The position numbers were made by a program, and so were the translations under genes. A stretch of DNA of 64,000 nucleotides, from assembly GCA_042408445.1 (NCBI GenBank), contig JBHORC010000023.1, positions 11,920-75,919 on the forward strand, read 5' to 3'. The notes under the pieces were generated by a model. It had not been told where the DNA came from and made no database searches. It saw only the letters and a program-made list of their open reading frames with translations. Numbering within the stretch: position 1 is the first letter of the stretch; each line of letters starts with the position of its first letter. Below are positions 63,309 to 64,000 of this stretch, in pieces. Source of the DNA: Chloroflexota bacterium (GTDB lineage: Bacteria; Chloroflexota; Limnocylindria; Limnocylindrales; CSP1-4).

Positions 63309-64000
63309 CGGTCGCGGACCGGGACCGCGCTGCGTCGGAGAGTCCGGCCACCGACGTTCCCATCGCCGTCCCGATCGTCGATTCGCCGCCCGATGGCCAG
63401 GAGGTCGCTTGGCGCCACCGCCATCTCCTCGACGTCGACGTGCTGTCGTGGGCGGACATCGACCTCGTGATGCGAACGACGGACGCGATGCGCGAGGTCC
63501 TCGCCCGGCCGATCACAAAGGTGCCCGCCCTCCGGGGCCGGAACGTGACGATCCTCTTCTACGAGCCGTCGACGAGGACGCGCGTGTCGTTCGAGGTCGC
63601 CGCGAAGAACCTCTCCGCCGACGTCGTCAACATCGCTGCCGCCACCTCGTCCGTGACGAAGGGCGAGTCGCTCGTCGACACGGTCCGGACCGTGGAGGCC
63701 CTCGGCGCCGAGATGCTCGTCATGCGGCATTCCGTCTCCGGCGCGCCGTATCTCGCCGCGGAGACGTTCTCGGGCTCGGTGCTGAACGGCGGCGACGGTT
63801 GGCACGGCCATCCCACCCAGGCGCTCCTCGATCTGTACACGCTCCGGGCCGCGATCGGCACCGGAGACCCCGGCTCGTTCTCGCTCGCCGGCCGGAAGGT
63901 CGTCATCCTCGGCGACGTCCTGCATTCGCGGGTCGCGCGGTCGAACCTGTGGTCGCTCAGCGCCGCCGGCGCCGACGTCTGGGTCTGCGGGCCGGCGACG
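63305..64000 (+). CDS. pyrB: aspartate carbamoyltransferase catalytic subunit (3' partial, runs off window)
   Basis: ATGA overlap with pyrR. My own translation gives ...[13 protein letters not shown]..., VMRH and [11 protein letters not shown]. The frame is open to nt 64000. Confidence 0.85.
   Translation, partial: MTVADRDRAASESPATDVPIAVPIVDSPPDGQEVAWRHRHLLDVDVLSWADIDLVMRTTDAMREVLARPITKVPALRGRNVTILFYEPSTRTRVSFEVAAKNLSADVVNIAAATSSVTKGESLVDTVRTVEALGAEMLVMRHSVSGAPYLAAETFSGSVLNGGDGWHGHPTQALLDLYTLRAAIGTGDPGSFSLAGRKVVILGDVLHSRVARSNLWSLSAAGADVWVCGPAT

Noticed and set aside
1-64000. CRISPR arrays, tandem DNA repeats, insertion sequences, prophage
   Set aside because: No regularly spaced direct repeats were seen. 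The only repeated DNA is the intragenic PKD/DNRLRE module set. No transposase, integrase or phage-like proteins appear in any frame.

Overview
Very GC-rich bacterial chromosomal segment (judged by eye, not computed). The proteome is Ala/Arg/Pro-rich, GTG/TTG starts are common, and many genes overlap by ATGA/GTGA. It looks Actinobacteria- or Chloroflexota-like, but lineage cannot be fixed from sequence alone. I support about 62 protein-coding genes, one tRNA-Gly(CCC), one SAM-I riboswitch, two candidate leader-peptide attenuators and a few hairpins or operator-like repeats. I saw no rRNA, CRISPR array, transposase, integrase or phage genes. Most long ORFs in the six-frame track are Arg/Pro/Gly-rich shadow frames of the real genes.

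Layout:
- 1-13 kb: cell-surface polysaccharide locus. It holds an alginate-lyase-like enzyme, an NAD epimerase, UDP-glucose dehydrogenase, a degenerate-GGDEF membrane protein coupled to a priming sugar transferase, and two paralogous secreted proteins, one with 3 PKD and 2 DNRLRE-type modules.
- 13-20 kb: MBL hydrolase; an operon of membrane protein, O-methyltransferase, MoaD-MoaE fusion and orphan KamD-like protein; and a convergent BNR-propeller plus ThiS-like pair.
- 20-33 kb: acyl-CoA synthetase, two non-pyrrolysine MttB-family methyltransferases, a DUF1059-kynA operon, a YcaQ-like glycosylase, an SDR and an MFS transporter.
- 32-41 kb: cupredoxin operon with a divergent HTH regulator, a DoxX-Rieske fusion, an AcpA/PLC-type phosphoesterase, and a ParB-like plus metallophosphoesterase pair.
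- 41-46 kb: tRNA-Gly, a triple-rhodanese sulfurtransferase, and a SAM-I riboswitch driving a ThrC-like plus ThiS-like (MetM/MetO-type) pair.
- 47-64 kb: NhaP antiporter, Dyp peroxidase, dapB-dapA-dapD-lysA, a UdgX-like glycosylase, lipB, a GalT-like gene, an ECF sigma/anti-sigma pair, an RlpA-like protein, and pyrR-pyrB.

Most interesting candidates:
1. A 23-codon leader ORF with three consecutive Lys codons, followed by a strong intrinsic terminator and an RBS-sequestering hairpin, directly upstream of the lysine-biosynthesis operon.
2. A 22-codon leader ORF with three Cys codons embedded in a textbook four-segment terminator/antiterminator upstream of the rhodanese gene.
3. Three separate beta-grasp (C-terminal GG) sulfur-carrier genes in unusual contexts, with no E1 or JAMM partner in the window.
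4. Orphan MttB and KamD homologues that lack their canonical corrinoid partners.

All functional calls rest on motif-level recognition without database searches.
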